A stretch of 63,425 nt of DNA, counting the filler, from Octopus bimaculoides (taxonomy: Eukaryota), in the NCBI RefSeq assembly GCF_001194135.2. It is 6 parts of 6 records of this genome, joined end to end, with 100 filler letters (N's around TTAATTAATTAA, not from the genome) between each part and the next. Parts side by side here need not be neighbours in the genome. Positions count along the whole stretch, not along the records: positions 1 to 24,372 come from NC_069007.1; 5 more parts are not named here. One strand, 5' to 3'. How positions within the stretch are numbered: the stretch's first letter is position 1; every line of letters starts with the position of its first letter. The notes under the pieces are model-generated. The model was not told the origin of the DNA. It did no database searches and was given only the letters and a program-made list of their open reading frames with translations. The translations under genes and the position numbers were made by a program. Below, one piece after another: positions 1 to 13,023 of this stretch.

Positions 1-1193
1 ACGTGTACATAAATATAATAGTAATATTAGGGAATACAATTCCAAAACTTACAGGGAAAATTCAATTTAGCAATTCTAAATCAAATTTCCCAATATATAA
101 TACATATATAATTTAGAGAAAAACCAACTATTAACAAATTCAACAATGAAAAATGTCATTCAAAACATCTAGAAAAACAAATATACCACAAAAACTCTAT
201 TCCAAAAATCAATAAATTACATAATCAATGAATAGCAAATAATATTATATATACATATACACACACATATTCATGTTTGTGTTCCCAGCAAATTCACTCT
301 TATCAGTCTTATTTACCATTCATTGCTCCACTCACCCAATGAACACTCTGCCAAAAACACTATGTATAAAGCTTGAAAAACTAAACTTAAATCTTGAAGG
401 TTAGTGAGCTGAAACTTTGAAGTCACTGTCAACATCTTCCTGTTCTGGTGATCTGATGCACTGGCTTTCTTCATCCACATTGATTGGTGAATACACAATG
501 GCATTGTATAATACATAGCATACATGTTAGTGCAGACATGTAGATACAATTTATCATGCACTGAAATATTATTACATGAAGAAAGGTGTGAAACAGCTGT
601 AACCCTAAGCATGACAAATGGTTAAATAAACATATTCACCTGTCATACCTCCTGACTTTTATGGTTTATGTATATAATGTATATATGTGTATATTTGTGT
701 ATATTCTTTTACTTGTTTTAGTCATTTGACTGCGACCTTGCTGGAGCACCACCTTTAATTGAACAAATTGACCCCAGGACTTATTCTTTGTAAGCCTAGT
801 ATTTATTCTATCAGTCTCTTTTGCTGAACCGCTAAGTTATGGGGACATAGACACACCAACATCAGTTGTCAAGTGACAGTGGGCTGGGGGGACAAACATA
901 GACTGCTTTGATTTCCGTTTTATTCAGGTGGATCGTCATAGGCATTCAGTGTTTAAAAAATCTTATATTTTTATAATTAAATATTATTAGGTATTTTATT
1001 TTTAAAAAATTGTTAAAGTAGAATTAATACTCATAAACTTTAACAACAAAATTGTATATGGATCCCCAAGGGCCATATGGATTCTGGTTGAAAACCATTG
1101 TTACAAAGATTTCACTCATTGGATTACATATGTATGAGACAGTAGGGTGATTTGAGGGAGATTTGACTGCTCTTATAGCCATTTGATGCTTAA

Positions 1194-1415
1194 CCCTTTC
1201 ATTACTGTATTTATTTTGAGATGTTCTGTGTTTCTTTCAATTAATTTTAAATATAACAAAGAATTAAGTAAAATAACTTAGTTATCATTCAGCTAGTGTT
1301 AGGAACGTAAATTGCGACTAAGGTTTGGTGGAAGATTTTAATTCAAAACTTATGAAAACAAGACATTTGTACTACAGAACCAGAACCGGTTTCAGCCGGG
1401 TTGGTAACGAAAGGG
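1194..1415. mobile_element. piggyBac-type MITE
   Basis: TTAA|CCCTTTCATTAC ... GTAACGAAAGGG|TTAA. A second copy lies at 60639-60834. Confidence 0.9.
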
Positions 1416-2022
1416 TTAAAAGATCCTATTGTATATTTATAATTAAATATTATTAGGAATGGTACAAAAAATAATTGTTAAAACATTTTGTATATTGTAG
1501 AAATAAAACCGATTTATTGCCTATAGATTTTAACAGCGAAATCTTATTCGTTTAACTGCTCAAACACAACAGATTATCAGAGAACATTTTATTACATTAA
1601 GTTACAGATAACAATGTCCAAAGATAGGTAGATGGCTGAGCATTTGGTAATTAATTTTGGAAGGAGATAGAAAGAAAAGGAATTGAATGAGATAGAAGTT
1701 TACAAAGGTACAAGACAAAAGAGGAGAGTGAAAGGGTGTTAGAGAAAACAACTAGAGAGATGATTATAGGAAAAAGAAAAAGGAGGAAAACAGAAAAAAG
1801 AAAGAAAGGAAAATGTAAAGATGGAAATTAGGAAGAGGAAAAAGGGAAAATAGAAAGAGACACATGTAAAAGGCTCCTGTACTGGGACACATAAGCGACA
1901 CCCAGCACACTCTGTAAAGTGGTTGGCATTATGAAGGGGATCAAGCAATAGAAACCAATCCAAAACAGACTGGAACCAAGTGCAGCTCTCCGGTTTGCCA
2001 GTTTCAGTCAGACTATCTAACA

Positions 2023-2321
2023 CAGGGGTTTTCAAACTGTGGTCCGTGGACCGCAGGAGGTCCACAAGGACAAGACAGGGGGTCCGTGGACAGCAAATAC
2101 TTTTTATAGGCAATTTGATTTTATATATGTTTTTTAATCGAAATCTTTTAATTGACAATAAACCTATTTGTTAAATACTGTTAAATAAATAAATGTAAAA
2201 ATATATGTTATTTTATAAGCAAATATTTATGTATAAATTTCATAAGCGTTTATAAGGGGGTCCCTAAGGTAAAGGCTGAAATATAAAGGGGTCCGCAAGT
2301 CAAAAAGTTTGAAAACCCCTG
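2023..2321. mobile_element. hAT (Charlie-type) MITE
   Basis: Perfect 16-bp TIR CAGGGGTTTTCAAACT and an 8-bp TSD, atctaaca / atctagca. Confidence 0.9.
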
Positions 2322-3106
2322 ATCTAGCACNNNNNNNNNNNNNNNNNNNNNNNNNNNNNNNNNNNNNNNNNNNNNNNNNNNNNNNNNNNNNNNNNNNNNN
2401 NNNNNNNNNNNNNNNNNNNNNNNNNNNNNNNNNNNNNNNNNNNNNNNNNNNNNNNNNNNNNNNNNNNNNNNNNNNNNNNNNNNNNNNNNNNNNNNNNNNN
2501 NNNNNNNNNNNNNNNNNNNNNNNNNNNNNNNNNNNNNNNNNNNNNNNNNNNNNNNNNNNNNNNNNNNNNNNNNNNNNNNNNNNNNNNNNNNNNNNNNNNN
2601 NNNNNNNNNNNNNNNNNNNNNNNNNNNNNNNNNNNNNNNNNNNNNNNNNNNNNNNNNNNNNNNNNNNNNNNNNNNNNNNNNNNNNNNNNNNNNNNNNNNN
2701 NNNNNNNNNNNNNNNNNNNNNNNNNNNNNNNNNNNNNNNNNNNNNNNNNNNNNNNNNNNNNNNNNNNNNNNNNNNNNNNNNNNNNNNNNNNNNNNNNNNN
2801 NNNNNNNNNNNNNNNNNNNNNNNNNNNNNNNNNNNNNNNNNNNNNNNNNNNNNNNNNNNNNNNNNNNNNNNNNNNNNNNNNNNNNNNNNNNNNNNNNNNN
2901 NNNNNNNNNNNNNNNNNNNNNNNNNNNNNNNNNNNNNNNNNNNNNNNNNNNNNNNNNNNNNNNNNNNNNNNNNNNNNNNNNNNNNNNNNNNNNNNNNNNN
3001 NNNNNNNNNNNNNNNNNNNNNNNNNNNNNNNNNNNNNNNNNNNNNNNNNNNNNNNNNNNNNNNNNNNNNNNNNNNNNNNNNNNNNNNNNNNNNNNNNNNN
3101 NNNNNN

Positions 3107-3195
3107 ACTAGGTGGACTGCTAATGTGCTAGAAGATCACTACTAGTAGACACATGACATGTGATCTTCTTCTAGCACATTAGCAGTCCACCTAGT
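3107..3195. repeat. 89-bp hairpin
   Basis: 33-bp arms actaggtggactgctaatgtgctagaagatcac; the right arm has a 3-nt insertion. Single-arm copies lie at ~6352-6432 and ~6792-6870. Confidence 0.85.
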
Positions 3196-3551
3196 GGCCT
3201 CCCTTAAATATATATACACACACATAAAAACATTACATATATATCAAGATATATACATACATATGTATGCATACATGTGTATAGATGTAATTATGCATTT
3301 AAATATACATGTATCAATACAAATATACGTACACCAACGTGTGTGTTTGTGCATGCATCTATATACATGTGAGCACATATATAAATTTCATAAAACCCAC
3401 CCTGGTAGATCCACTGCATATACAAACAATTCTTATTCAAATATATAGAGACGTATTAATAGCTTTCTATTGCAGACCAATAACATAAGGAACAACTGTG
3501 TATTTCTGTATATCTATATACAAATATCTAAATATCTCCCTACATATTATT

Positions 3552-3589
<38 letters not shown>

Positions 3590-4324
3590 NNNNNNNNNNN
3601 NNNNNNNNNNNNNNNNNNNNNNNNNNNNNNNNNNNNNNNNNNNNNNNNNNNNNNNNNNNNNNNNNNNNNNNNNNNNNNNNNNNNNNNNNNNNNNNNNNNN
3701 NNNNNNNNNNNNNNNNNNNNNNNNNNNNNNNNNNNNNNNNNNNNNNNNNNNNNNNNNNNNNNNNNNNNNNNNNNNNNNNNNNNNNNNNNNNNNNNNNNNN
3801 NNNNNNNNNNNNNNNNNNNNNNNNNNNNNNNNNNNNNNNNNNNNNNNNNNNNNNNNNNNNNNNNNNNNNNNNNNNNNNNNNNNNNNNNNNNNNNNNNNNN
3901 NNNNNNNNNNNNNNNNNNNNNNNNNNNNNNNNNNNNNNNNNNNNNNNNNNNNNNNNNNNNNNNNNNNNNNNNNNNNNNNNNNNNNNNNNNNNNNNNNNNN
4001 NNNNNNNNNNNNNNNNNNNNNNNNNNNNNNNNNNNNNNNNNNNNNNNNNNNNNNNNNNNNNNNNNNNNNNNNNNNNNNNNNNNNNNNNNNNNNNNNNNNN
4101 NNNNNNNNNNNNNNNNNNNNNNNNNNNNNNNNNNNNNNNNNNNNNNNNNNNNNNNNNNNNNNNNNNNNNNNNNNNNNNNNNNNNNNNNNNNNNNNNNNNN
4201 NNNNNNNNNNNNNNNNNNNNNNNNNNNNNNNNNNNNNNNNNNNNNNNNNNNNNNNNNNNNNNNNNNNNNNNNNNNNNNNNNNNNNNNNNNNNNNNNNNNN
4301 NNNNNNNNNNNNNNNNNNNNNNNN

Positions 4325-4375
<51 letters not shown>

Positions 4376-7025
4376 GTACACACACTTACAAATATACACA
4401 GACACACGTATATATTTATATATACATGCACCACTATGAATATATAAATATGTATATCTGCATTTGTATGCACACACACGCACACGCACACACACACACA
4501 CACACACATGCATATACACACACACATTCGTATATACATATGACTGTACAAGATGATGGAATGCATACCCTTTATTACAAATCACAACAAATGTTTTGGC
4601 AAAACAATTACAGAAACATATCTATCTTTATATATATCTCTCTCTCTACACACAGTCACACACACACATATATATATATATGTATGTATAGAAAAATGAA
4701 AAATTGTTATTAATCAAAAAAAGTGGAAGTATAGAAGAAATGATGTTAAAAATCCAGAGAGAGAGAGTGTGTGTGTGTGTGTGTGTTTGTGTGTGTGCGC
4801 GCACGCAAATGCTACATATACAGATGAATGCAAAGAAGTAGAAACTTTGAAATCACTGTCAAGTGAAACGAGCTCCCAGATGGTGCACCAGCATGGCCAC
4901 TGACAGAAACAAGTAAAAGACATTTGTGCATGTGTCTATATGAGCGTTTTTATGCTTGCAAACACATGCACGTGTGTGTGTGTGTGTGTGTGTGAGTGTC
5001 TGCGTGAGTGTGTATATGTGTGTCTTTATTAAACAATAACGTTGCAAAACATAATAGCTGAAGCAGTTTAAAACACACTCATTCACACACACACACACAT
5101 ACACATACATGCACACACAATCACAAACACTTGTCTCCTTTTTTCCTTGCTTCAGTCATCAGACGCTGGTGAGGCTGGTACACCATCTTCGAGGGCCTTT
5201 TTTCACGAGAAGACCAACCCCAGTATTTAAAGACTTAGTACTTATTTAACAATCTTTTTCAGTGAAACACTAAAGCAACATGGAGAAAGCAAGAAACCAA
5301 ATGATGTATAAATGTACATATATACATACATACATACATACATACATACATACANNNNNNNNNNNNNNNNNNNNNNNNNNNNNNNNNNNNNNNNNNNNNN
5401 NNNNNNNNNNNNNNNNNNNNNNNNNNNNNNNNNNNNNNNNNNNNNNNNNNNNNNNNNNNNNNNNNNNNNNNNNNNNNNNNNNNNNNNNNNNNNNNNNNNN
5501 NNNNNNNNNNNNNNNNNNNNNNNNNNNNNNNNNNNNNNNNNNNNNNNNNNNNNNNNNNNNNNNNNNNNNNNNNNNNNNNNNNNNNNNNNNNNNNNNNNNN
5601 NNNNNNNNNNNNNNNNNNNNNNNNNNNNNNNNNNNNNNNNNNNNNNNNNNNNNNNNNNNNNNNNNNNNNNNNNNNNNNNNNNNNNNNNNNNNNNNNNNNN
5701 NNNNNNNNNNNNNNNNNNNNNNNNNNNNNNNNNNNNNNNNNNNNNNNNNNNNNNNNNNNNNNNNNNNNNNNNNNNNNNNNNNNNNNNNNNNNNNNNNNNN
5801 NNNNNNNNNNNNNNNNNNNNNNNNNNNNNNNNNNNNNNNNNNNNNNNNNNNNNNNNNNNNNNNNNNNNNNNNNNNNNNNNNNNNNNNNNNNNNNNNNNNN
5901 NNNNNNNNNNNNNNNNNNNNNNNNNNNNNNNNNNNNNNNNNNNNNNNNNNNNNNNNNNNNNNNNNNNNNNNNNNNNNNNNNNNNNNNNNNNNNNNNNNNN
6001 NNNNNNNNNNNNNNNNNNNNNNNNNNNNNNNNNNNNNNNNNNNNNNNNNNNNNNNNNNNNNNNNNNNNNNNNNNNNNNNATATATATATATATATATATA
6101 TATATAGATATGCAGGGCAGGGAAATCATCAATTAGTAATAAAATTAATAATTAACAATTCTGCCGGGTGTATCAAAAATATCGCTATCAATCTGTAGTA
6201 ATAATTTGTAGTTTTGAAATCAGTAGTTCTTTGACTGCTATTTCTGAATTCTCAGTATGTTGGAGAAGCAGGTTACTGTCAATCCCTATACATTTATGAT
6301 TATATATATATATATATATGTCTTGCCCGCATACGTTTTTGGTATGTCGCTGAATTTCATTTGAGAACAATTAGGTCTTAGTAGACACATTACATGTGAT
6401 CTTCTTCTAGCACATTAACAGTCCACCTAGAGGTTTTCTTTATATATCCTTATATATATATATATTATATATATATATAGATATATAGATATACGCAAGG
6501 GGTACCAAAAAGTTCCTGGAGGTTCAGTTGATTATGATCTTATTCAACATATTCCCCTCTGATATTCACACATTGTAGCAGTCCTTCAGTTTTCTAAGTC
6601 CTGTAAAAGAACTCGGAGGGTTGGGCCTCCAACCAGGCCTTTCACAATGTCCTTAAAACCAGGAATTTCTTGGGCATCCCCAGGTATATATGTACATATA
6701 TATACATATATGGATATATACATAGATGTACATATATGTATACCTACACACAGACACAGACACACACACATATATACATGTACATACATGTATTTCATGT
6801 TGAGAACAATTTAGGTTTTAATAGACACAAGATGTGATCTATTTCTAGTGCATTAATTGTCCACGTTAGTGGCCGACGTTATTTTTTTAAATGTACCTTA
6901 ATCCCCTGAGATTGCAGATAATATTTCTGAATCTCTTTGATTCTTTAGATGTGCTGGCCTCCTGATAATTAATCGATATTAATTAATATATGACTAATTA
7001 CCAGATTTTATAATAATATTTTACC

Positions 7026-7067
<42 letters not shown>

Positions 7068-7173
7068 GCATATACATACAAGCATATATAAACACACACA
7101 CACAGGCATTTATATATATATATATATGTACAAACATATATATATGCATACATATACATACAAGCATACATAA

Positions 7174-7204
<31 letters not shown>

Positions 7205-7814
7205 AAAATATATATATGTATATATATATCATTATCATCATTTAACAACTGTTGTCTTTGAAGTGATCGTACACAATGGTACCGGTAACATATTGGTCTC
7301 AAATTTTGGTACAAGGCCTAAAATTTGGGGTAAGAGGAGTAAGTCAATCACATCAACCCCAGTGCTCAACTGGTGGTCCTTTTATGAACCCTGAATGAAA
7401 AGCAAATTCAACCTCAACGGAATTTCAACGAGAATGTAAAGATGGGCAAAATGCCTCTAAGCATTTCGCGTGGCTTCCTAACAATTCTGCTAGCAATTAC
7501 AGCAATTATATATCAGAAGACTTTAGTAATTTTGAAACAGAAATATTCCTTGTTGTTATAAATATTTATGTATGTCTACAGTGTTAGGTGTTAGGAAGGA
7601 TATCCAGCCGTAAGACCCATGCCAAAGCAGATACAGTAGTTTGATGTAGGCCTTCTACCTGGCCGGCACCTCTCAAACTGCCCAACCCATGCCAGCATGG
7701 AAAACATGTGTCAAATGATAATGAAGATGATGATGATATATGTATATATGACACATGTAATATATATATATATATATTTAAAGCAGAAAGCAGTAAAGAG
7801 TTACACAGATTTGC

Positions 7815-8511
7815 TAATATCACTGGATTACCCCAGGAGATGGAATTAACATGTAGCAGACAAAAAACATAAGTGTTTTTAAGTGCGCATTACATGGCTT
7901 TTGCCCAAACTAAACCAAGGGGATGAACTATATATNNNNNNNNNNNNNNNNNNNNNNNNNNNNNNNNNNNNNNNNNNNNNNNNNNNNNNNNNNNNNNNNN
8001 NNNNNNNNNNNNNNNNNNNNNNNNNNNNNNNNNNNNNNNNNNNNNNNNNNNNNNNNNNNNNNNNNNNNNNNNNNNNNNNNNNNNNNNNNNNNNNNNNNNN
8101 NNNNNNNNNNNNNNNNNNNNNNNNNNNNNNNNNNNNNNNNNNNNNNNNNNNNNNNNNNNNNNNNNNNNNNNNNNNNNNNNNNNNNNNNNNNNNNNNNNNN
8201 NNNNNNNNNNNNNNNNNNNNNNNNNNNNNNNNNNNNNNNNNNNNNNNNNNNNNNNNNNNNNNNNNNNNNNNNNNNNNNNNNNNNNNNNNNNNNNNNNNNN
8301 NNNNNNNNNNNNNNNNNNNNNNNNNNNNNNNNNNNNNNNNNNNNNNNNNNNNNNNNNNNNNNNNNNNNNNNNNNNNNNNNNNNNNNNNNNNNNNNNNNNN
8401 NNNNNNNNNNNNNNNNNNNNNNNNNNNNNNNNNNNNNNNNNNNNNNNNNNNNNNNNNNNNNNNNNNNNNNNNNNNNNNNNNNNNNNNNNNNNNNNNNNNN
8501 NNNNNNNNNNN

Positions 8512-8554
<43 letters not shown>

Positions 8555-8665
8555 CATCCCCTTGGTTTAGTTTGGGCAAAAGCTATGTAATGCGCACTTA
8601 AAAGCACTTATGCTTTTTGTCTGCTACATGTTAATTCCATCTCCTGGGGTAATCCAGTGATATTA
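7815..8665. repeat. ~113-bp inverted repeat flanking an (AT)n tract and gap
   Basis: 7815-7927 matches 8553-8665 in reverse complement, with 3 substitutions. Confidence 0.9.
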
Positions 8666-8790
8666 TCCAGTTATGTTCCAGGTTACGATTAACTGCATCG
8701 ATTCGTATTTAAGGACTACTATGGGTCATCACTCACACTGCAATTTCTCCAATGGATAATTCCATATTCTCTTCACGGGATAGTATTATT

Positions 8791-9171
8791 ATCTGGAGTG
8801 TATATTAGCAATAATTATAACGATATAGAATATAGAGACTAGTCTATCCTCATAATTCTTTTTCTTTTATGTTACAATTTTATGCAGCATATTTTTAGGT
8901 TATTACAACCTACACATGTTTCCACTGCGCAGAGTAAGGGCTTTGAAACTAGCTGGTGGACAGACCCTGAACAAAGCTGCACAGAAAATTATGCCCTCTT
9001 GCATGTGCAACTGCCAATATTTTGTACAGTGGGAACACACACAGGTCGCAATAACCATAAAACTATGTTGTATGAATTGTAAGATAAAAGGAAATAAATT
9101 TTGAGGATGAACAAGTCTCCATATTCTGTATCATTATATTTATTTTATTATTGCTAATATACACTCCAGAT
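8791..9171. repeat. ~55-60 bp imperfect inverted repeats enclosing ~270 bp (MITE-like)
   Basis: atctggagtgtatattagcaataat..gatatagaatatagagact (8791-8844) versus agtctccatattctgtatc..attattgctaatatacactccagat (9112-9171). Confidence 0.8.
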
Positions 9172-9334
9172 TATGTGTGTGTGTGTGTGTGTGTATTATA
9201 GAAATATATATAAGGATATATATACATGCACAATTTATAAATATATATACATACACACATACATATGTATATGCATATTTCAACATGTATGTATACATTT
9301 ACATATGATAGCCACAGCTCCTGAGCTGAAACTA

Positions 9335-9385
<51 letters not shown>

Positions 9386-9906
9386 CTATATCTATAGTAT
9401 AAATACATACACCTATGTAAATGTATTATTTAAGTATATACAAATAACTACAAATGTGTGTGTGTGTATGTGTGTGTGTGTGTACATAGATAGATATATA
9501 AATATATACATACAGGGAAAATAAAGATAGACAAAAGTTAATATTAGAACTTCTACATAAATGTCACCAATGTGTTGTTGGGAGGAATGCAATAGGTGTT
9601 TTAAATACATAGAGATACTCAACCACAATGGATGCCCGGAAACATAGGATTCATAGACTCTATGTATATATGTGAAGGGTGTGTGTGTGTGTGCGCACGC
9701 ATATATATACACAAATACATACATATAGATATCTATACATATACAGCCACATATATATAGATGTGTGTGTATACATATACATATAAATATGGGTGCGTGT
9801 GTGTGTGTTTGTACATATATATGTATATAAATATATTCACACATACACACACATATATATACACATACATACCTACATGTATATACGTACATATATATAT
9901 ATATAT

Positions 9907-10275
9907 AAGGTAAAGAGTAAAAGTGTCAAAAGGAAGAGTAAGTATGGTTAGGCAGCTTTTTAATGATCGCTACATATGTTTCGATACATATAGATCTACG
10001 TATATATATACAGGATTTAAATTCAAATTCAAATTAAAAATAAATTAAATTAGGTAACGATTTACCTGTATATGTATCTCCTCAGGCGATATTTAATCGC
10101 TGCCTCCGTAAGTAAATCTTGATTTTAATGCAATTACATCCATGGCTCCTTTGAAACTAAGGCTAGAATTGGTAGCATACCAAAATAATACTACCGGCCA
10201 TTTGGGAATTCGAAGGGTGAACGAGCACTATTTTTTACTCTAATACGTTCTTAACAGAACATACCTCAACTATAT
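9907..10275 (-). mobile_element. ~370 bp (TA)n-flanked element carrying the hammerhead (Penelope pLTR- or retrozyme-like)
   Basis: Unique block bounded on both sides by (TA)n, with no ORF and a type I hammerhead inside. Confidence 0.55.
9951..10104 (-). ncRNA. Type I hammerhead ribozyme motif
   Basis: The minus strand reads GGCAGC..TTAAAT ATCGC CTGAGGA GATACATATA [76 nt] TATATGTATC GAAA CATATG TA GCGAT CATTAA..GCTGCC. The core is intact (CUGAGGA, GAAA, GUA). Stem I is ATCGC/GCGAT, extended by GGCAGC/GCTGCC. Stem II is 10 bp and perfect. Stem III is palindromic CATATG. Confidence 0.8.
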
Positions 10276-11159
10276 ATATACATATNNNNNNNNNNNNNNN
10301 NNNNNNNNNNNNNNNNNNNNNNNNNNNNNNNNNNNNNNNNNNNNNNNNNNNNNNNNNNNNNNNNNNNNNNNNNNNNNNNNNNNNNNNNNNNNNNNNNNNN
10401 NNNNNNNNNNNNNNNNNNNNNNNNNNNNNNNNNNNNNNNNNNNNNNNNNNNNNNNNNNNNNNNNNNNNNNNNNNNNNNNNNNNNNNNNNNNNNNNNNNNN
10501 NNNNNNNNNNNNNNNNNNNNNNNNNNNNNNNNNNNNNNNNNNNNNNNNNNNNNNNNNNNNNNNNNNNNNNNNNNNNNNNNNNNNNNNNNNNNNNNNNNNN
10601 NNNNNNNNNNNNNNNNNNNNNNNNNNNNNNNNNNNNNNNNNNNNNNNNNNNNNNNNNNNNNNNNNNNNNNNNNNNNNNNNNNNNNNNNNNNNNNNNNNNN
10701 NNNNNNNNNNNNNNNNNNNNNNNNNNNNNNNNNNNNNNNNNNNNNNNNNNNNNNNNNNNNNNNNNNNNNNNNNNNNNNNNNNNNNNNNNNNNNNNNNNNN
10801 NNNNNNNNNNNNNNNNNNNNNNNNNNNNNNNNNNNNNNNNNNNNNNNNNNNNNNNNNNNATACACTGTTTTTAACAATTTCACCTTAATATCAGAGAATG
10901 TGTGACAATCAGTATGTAACACTACAAAGTTCATACAAAGCTTTATACTTTAAATATATTTTATCATCAAAGAATGTATATATGCATTTTAATACTCAAA
11001 CTGTTTTTTAACATTTTTTATTATTCTCAAAGACTTTTGATAATCTTTTTCTAAAAAAGTGAAACCGGTTAAGTAAATAAATATTTTTAAAAAATAAGTG
11101 CATTTTCAAACCTTCTTTCATATATATTTCCACTCATACGGTATTCCACAACTTTACTT

Positions 11160-11196
<37 letters not shown>

Positions 11197-11560
11197 ATAA
11201 TATATATCTATAAATATTTGTCCTCATGCAGGGTTATAATACAAAGTTCCCTTAAACTGAAGAACTGTGCAATTCTGTTTGTATATTTTTCTAAAAAAAG
11301 CTAGCATGCCAAAGCTTTAAGTCACTCTCACAAATCCTCAAGTATAATATAAGCATATATATGTATGTGTGTGTATGTATATAGGCACAGGAGTGGAAGT
11401 GTGGTAAGAAACTTGCTTCTCAACTACATGGTTCTGGGTTCAGTCCCACTGTGTAGCACCTAGAGCAAGTGTCTCTTACTATAGTTTCGGGCCAACCAAA
11501 GCCTTGTGAGTGGATTTGATATACAGAAACTGAAAGAAGCCCATTGTATATATACATATT

Positions 11561-11592
<32 letters not shown>

Positions 11593-11752
11593 GATAGATA
11601 GATTTGTGCGTGTGTGTCTGTGATTGTCCTCCTACCATCACTTGACAACCGACGCTGGTGTGTTCATGTCCCCGTAAACTAGCAGTTCGGCAAAAGAAAC
11701 TGATAGAATAAGTACTAGGCTTACTAAGAATAGATTCTGTACNNNNNNNNNN

Positions 11753-11796
<44 letters not shown>

Positions 11797-12029
11797 TATA
11801 TACATATATACATGCTAAAGGTGCTGTGCAGTGGGATTGAACTTGGAACAATGGCTATGTGATAAGAAGTTTGCTTCCCAACCATATGGTTCTGGGTTCA
11901 ATCCTACTGCACAGCACCTTTGTGTGATGGGTAAATTATCTCCAATTTATATTTTTAATTGCACGTATACGCATTGTATGTTTTTCATTTTGTCAACTAC
12001 ACAGCCTGTAGGGTCAGTTGGGCACCATC

Positions 12030-12620
12030 AGTGAGAAAAATAGCATCGTAATGCAAAATTCACTCTGTCAGAAATGTGGAAACAACATGTTTGCCATTCA
12101 TGCAGGTAGCTTCAATACAAACATTTCTGAGTGCTTGGGTGTCAATCTGAGAACATGTACCAAAAGTGATAAAAATCAAATATCCAGTTAACACTATGGT
12201 GTTTCGAGTGATGGCGACATTATCTTCATTCATCTTCATACATGGCCTCATACTCAACATGGAGGTTTACATCAAGTGCCTAGAGGAGGTAGTGCTGCCC
12301 TGGCTCAAGAAGATGGCTGCTGGAACACCCTATGTCTGGCACCAGGACACTGTACCATGCCATACAAGCAGAAGATAGTCATGGCTGTCAGACAATTTCT
12401 GTGACCACATAACTCCTAACATCTGGCCCCCTACCTCTCCAGACTGCAACCCTTTTGATCGTTATGTGTGGGGCACAGTTGAGGGAGAGACAAACAAAAT
12501 TTCTTGTAACACCAAAGATGAACTGAAGGCAAGGATTATGGCAGCATTCACCAACTTGAAGCCAATGGCGATTTTATTAAACATTAATTAAAAATTTACT
12601 CTTTAGTATTTGAAGATATT
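12030..12620 (+). pseudogene. Tc1/mariner (maT, DD37D-like) transposase relic
   Basis: KYPVNTMVF..YIKCLEEVVLPW..YVWHQDTVPCHTSRR*SWLSDNFCDHITPNIWPPTSPDCNPFDRYVWG..KDELKARIMAAF. There are 36 residues between the second and third Asp here, and one stop. Confidence 0.85.
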
Positions 12621-13023
12621 TTTATGTAATTTTAGTAAATATATCTGTTAAAACAAGATATATATCTTTTATATTCTATTGTTTCAGTCAACAGACAGTG
12701 GCCACGCTGGGGCATCACCCTGAAAATTTTTTAGTCAAACAAATCCACCCCTGTATTTTTTCTCTTTTCAAACCTGGTAGTTCCTCTATCAGTCTCTTTT
12801 GCTGAACAGGGGCATAAACAAACCAACACCAGTTGTGATTTGGGGGTGGGGGACAAATATAGGCATAAACACACACACATACAAATACACACACACAACA
12901 GGCTTCCATTCTGAAGCTATAATAGAAGAGACTTGCCCAAAGTGCCATACAGTGGGACTGATCTTGGGACTATGTGGCTGGGAAGTAGGCATCTTATCAC
13001 ACAACCATACCTATATATATGTA

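Noticed and set aside
313-612. 99-aa minus-strand ORF with donor-like sites (gtgagt, gtaaat)
   Set aside because: There is no recognisable domain, the plausible readings switch frame, and no consistent exon can be defined without transcripts.
2309-8590. Long ORFs in the six-frame track (X-runs, YI/IY, HT, VC repeats), here and throughout the window
   Set aside because: They are translations of N gaps and (AT)n, (CA)n or (GATA)n microsatellites, not genes.
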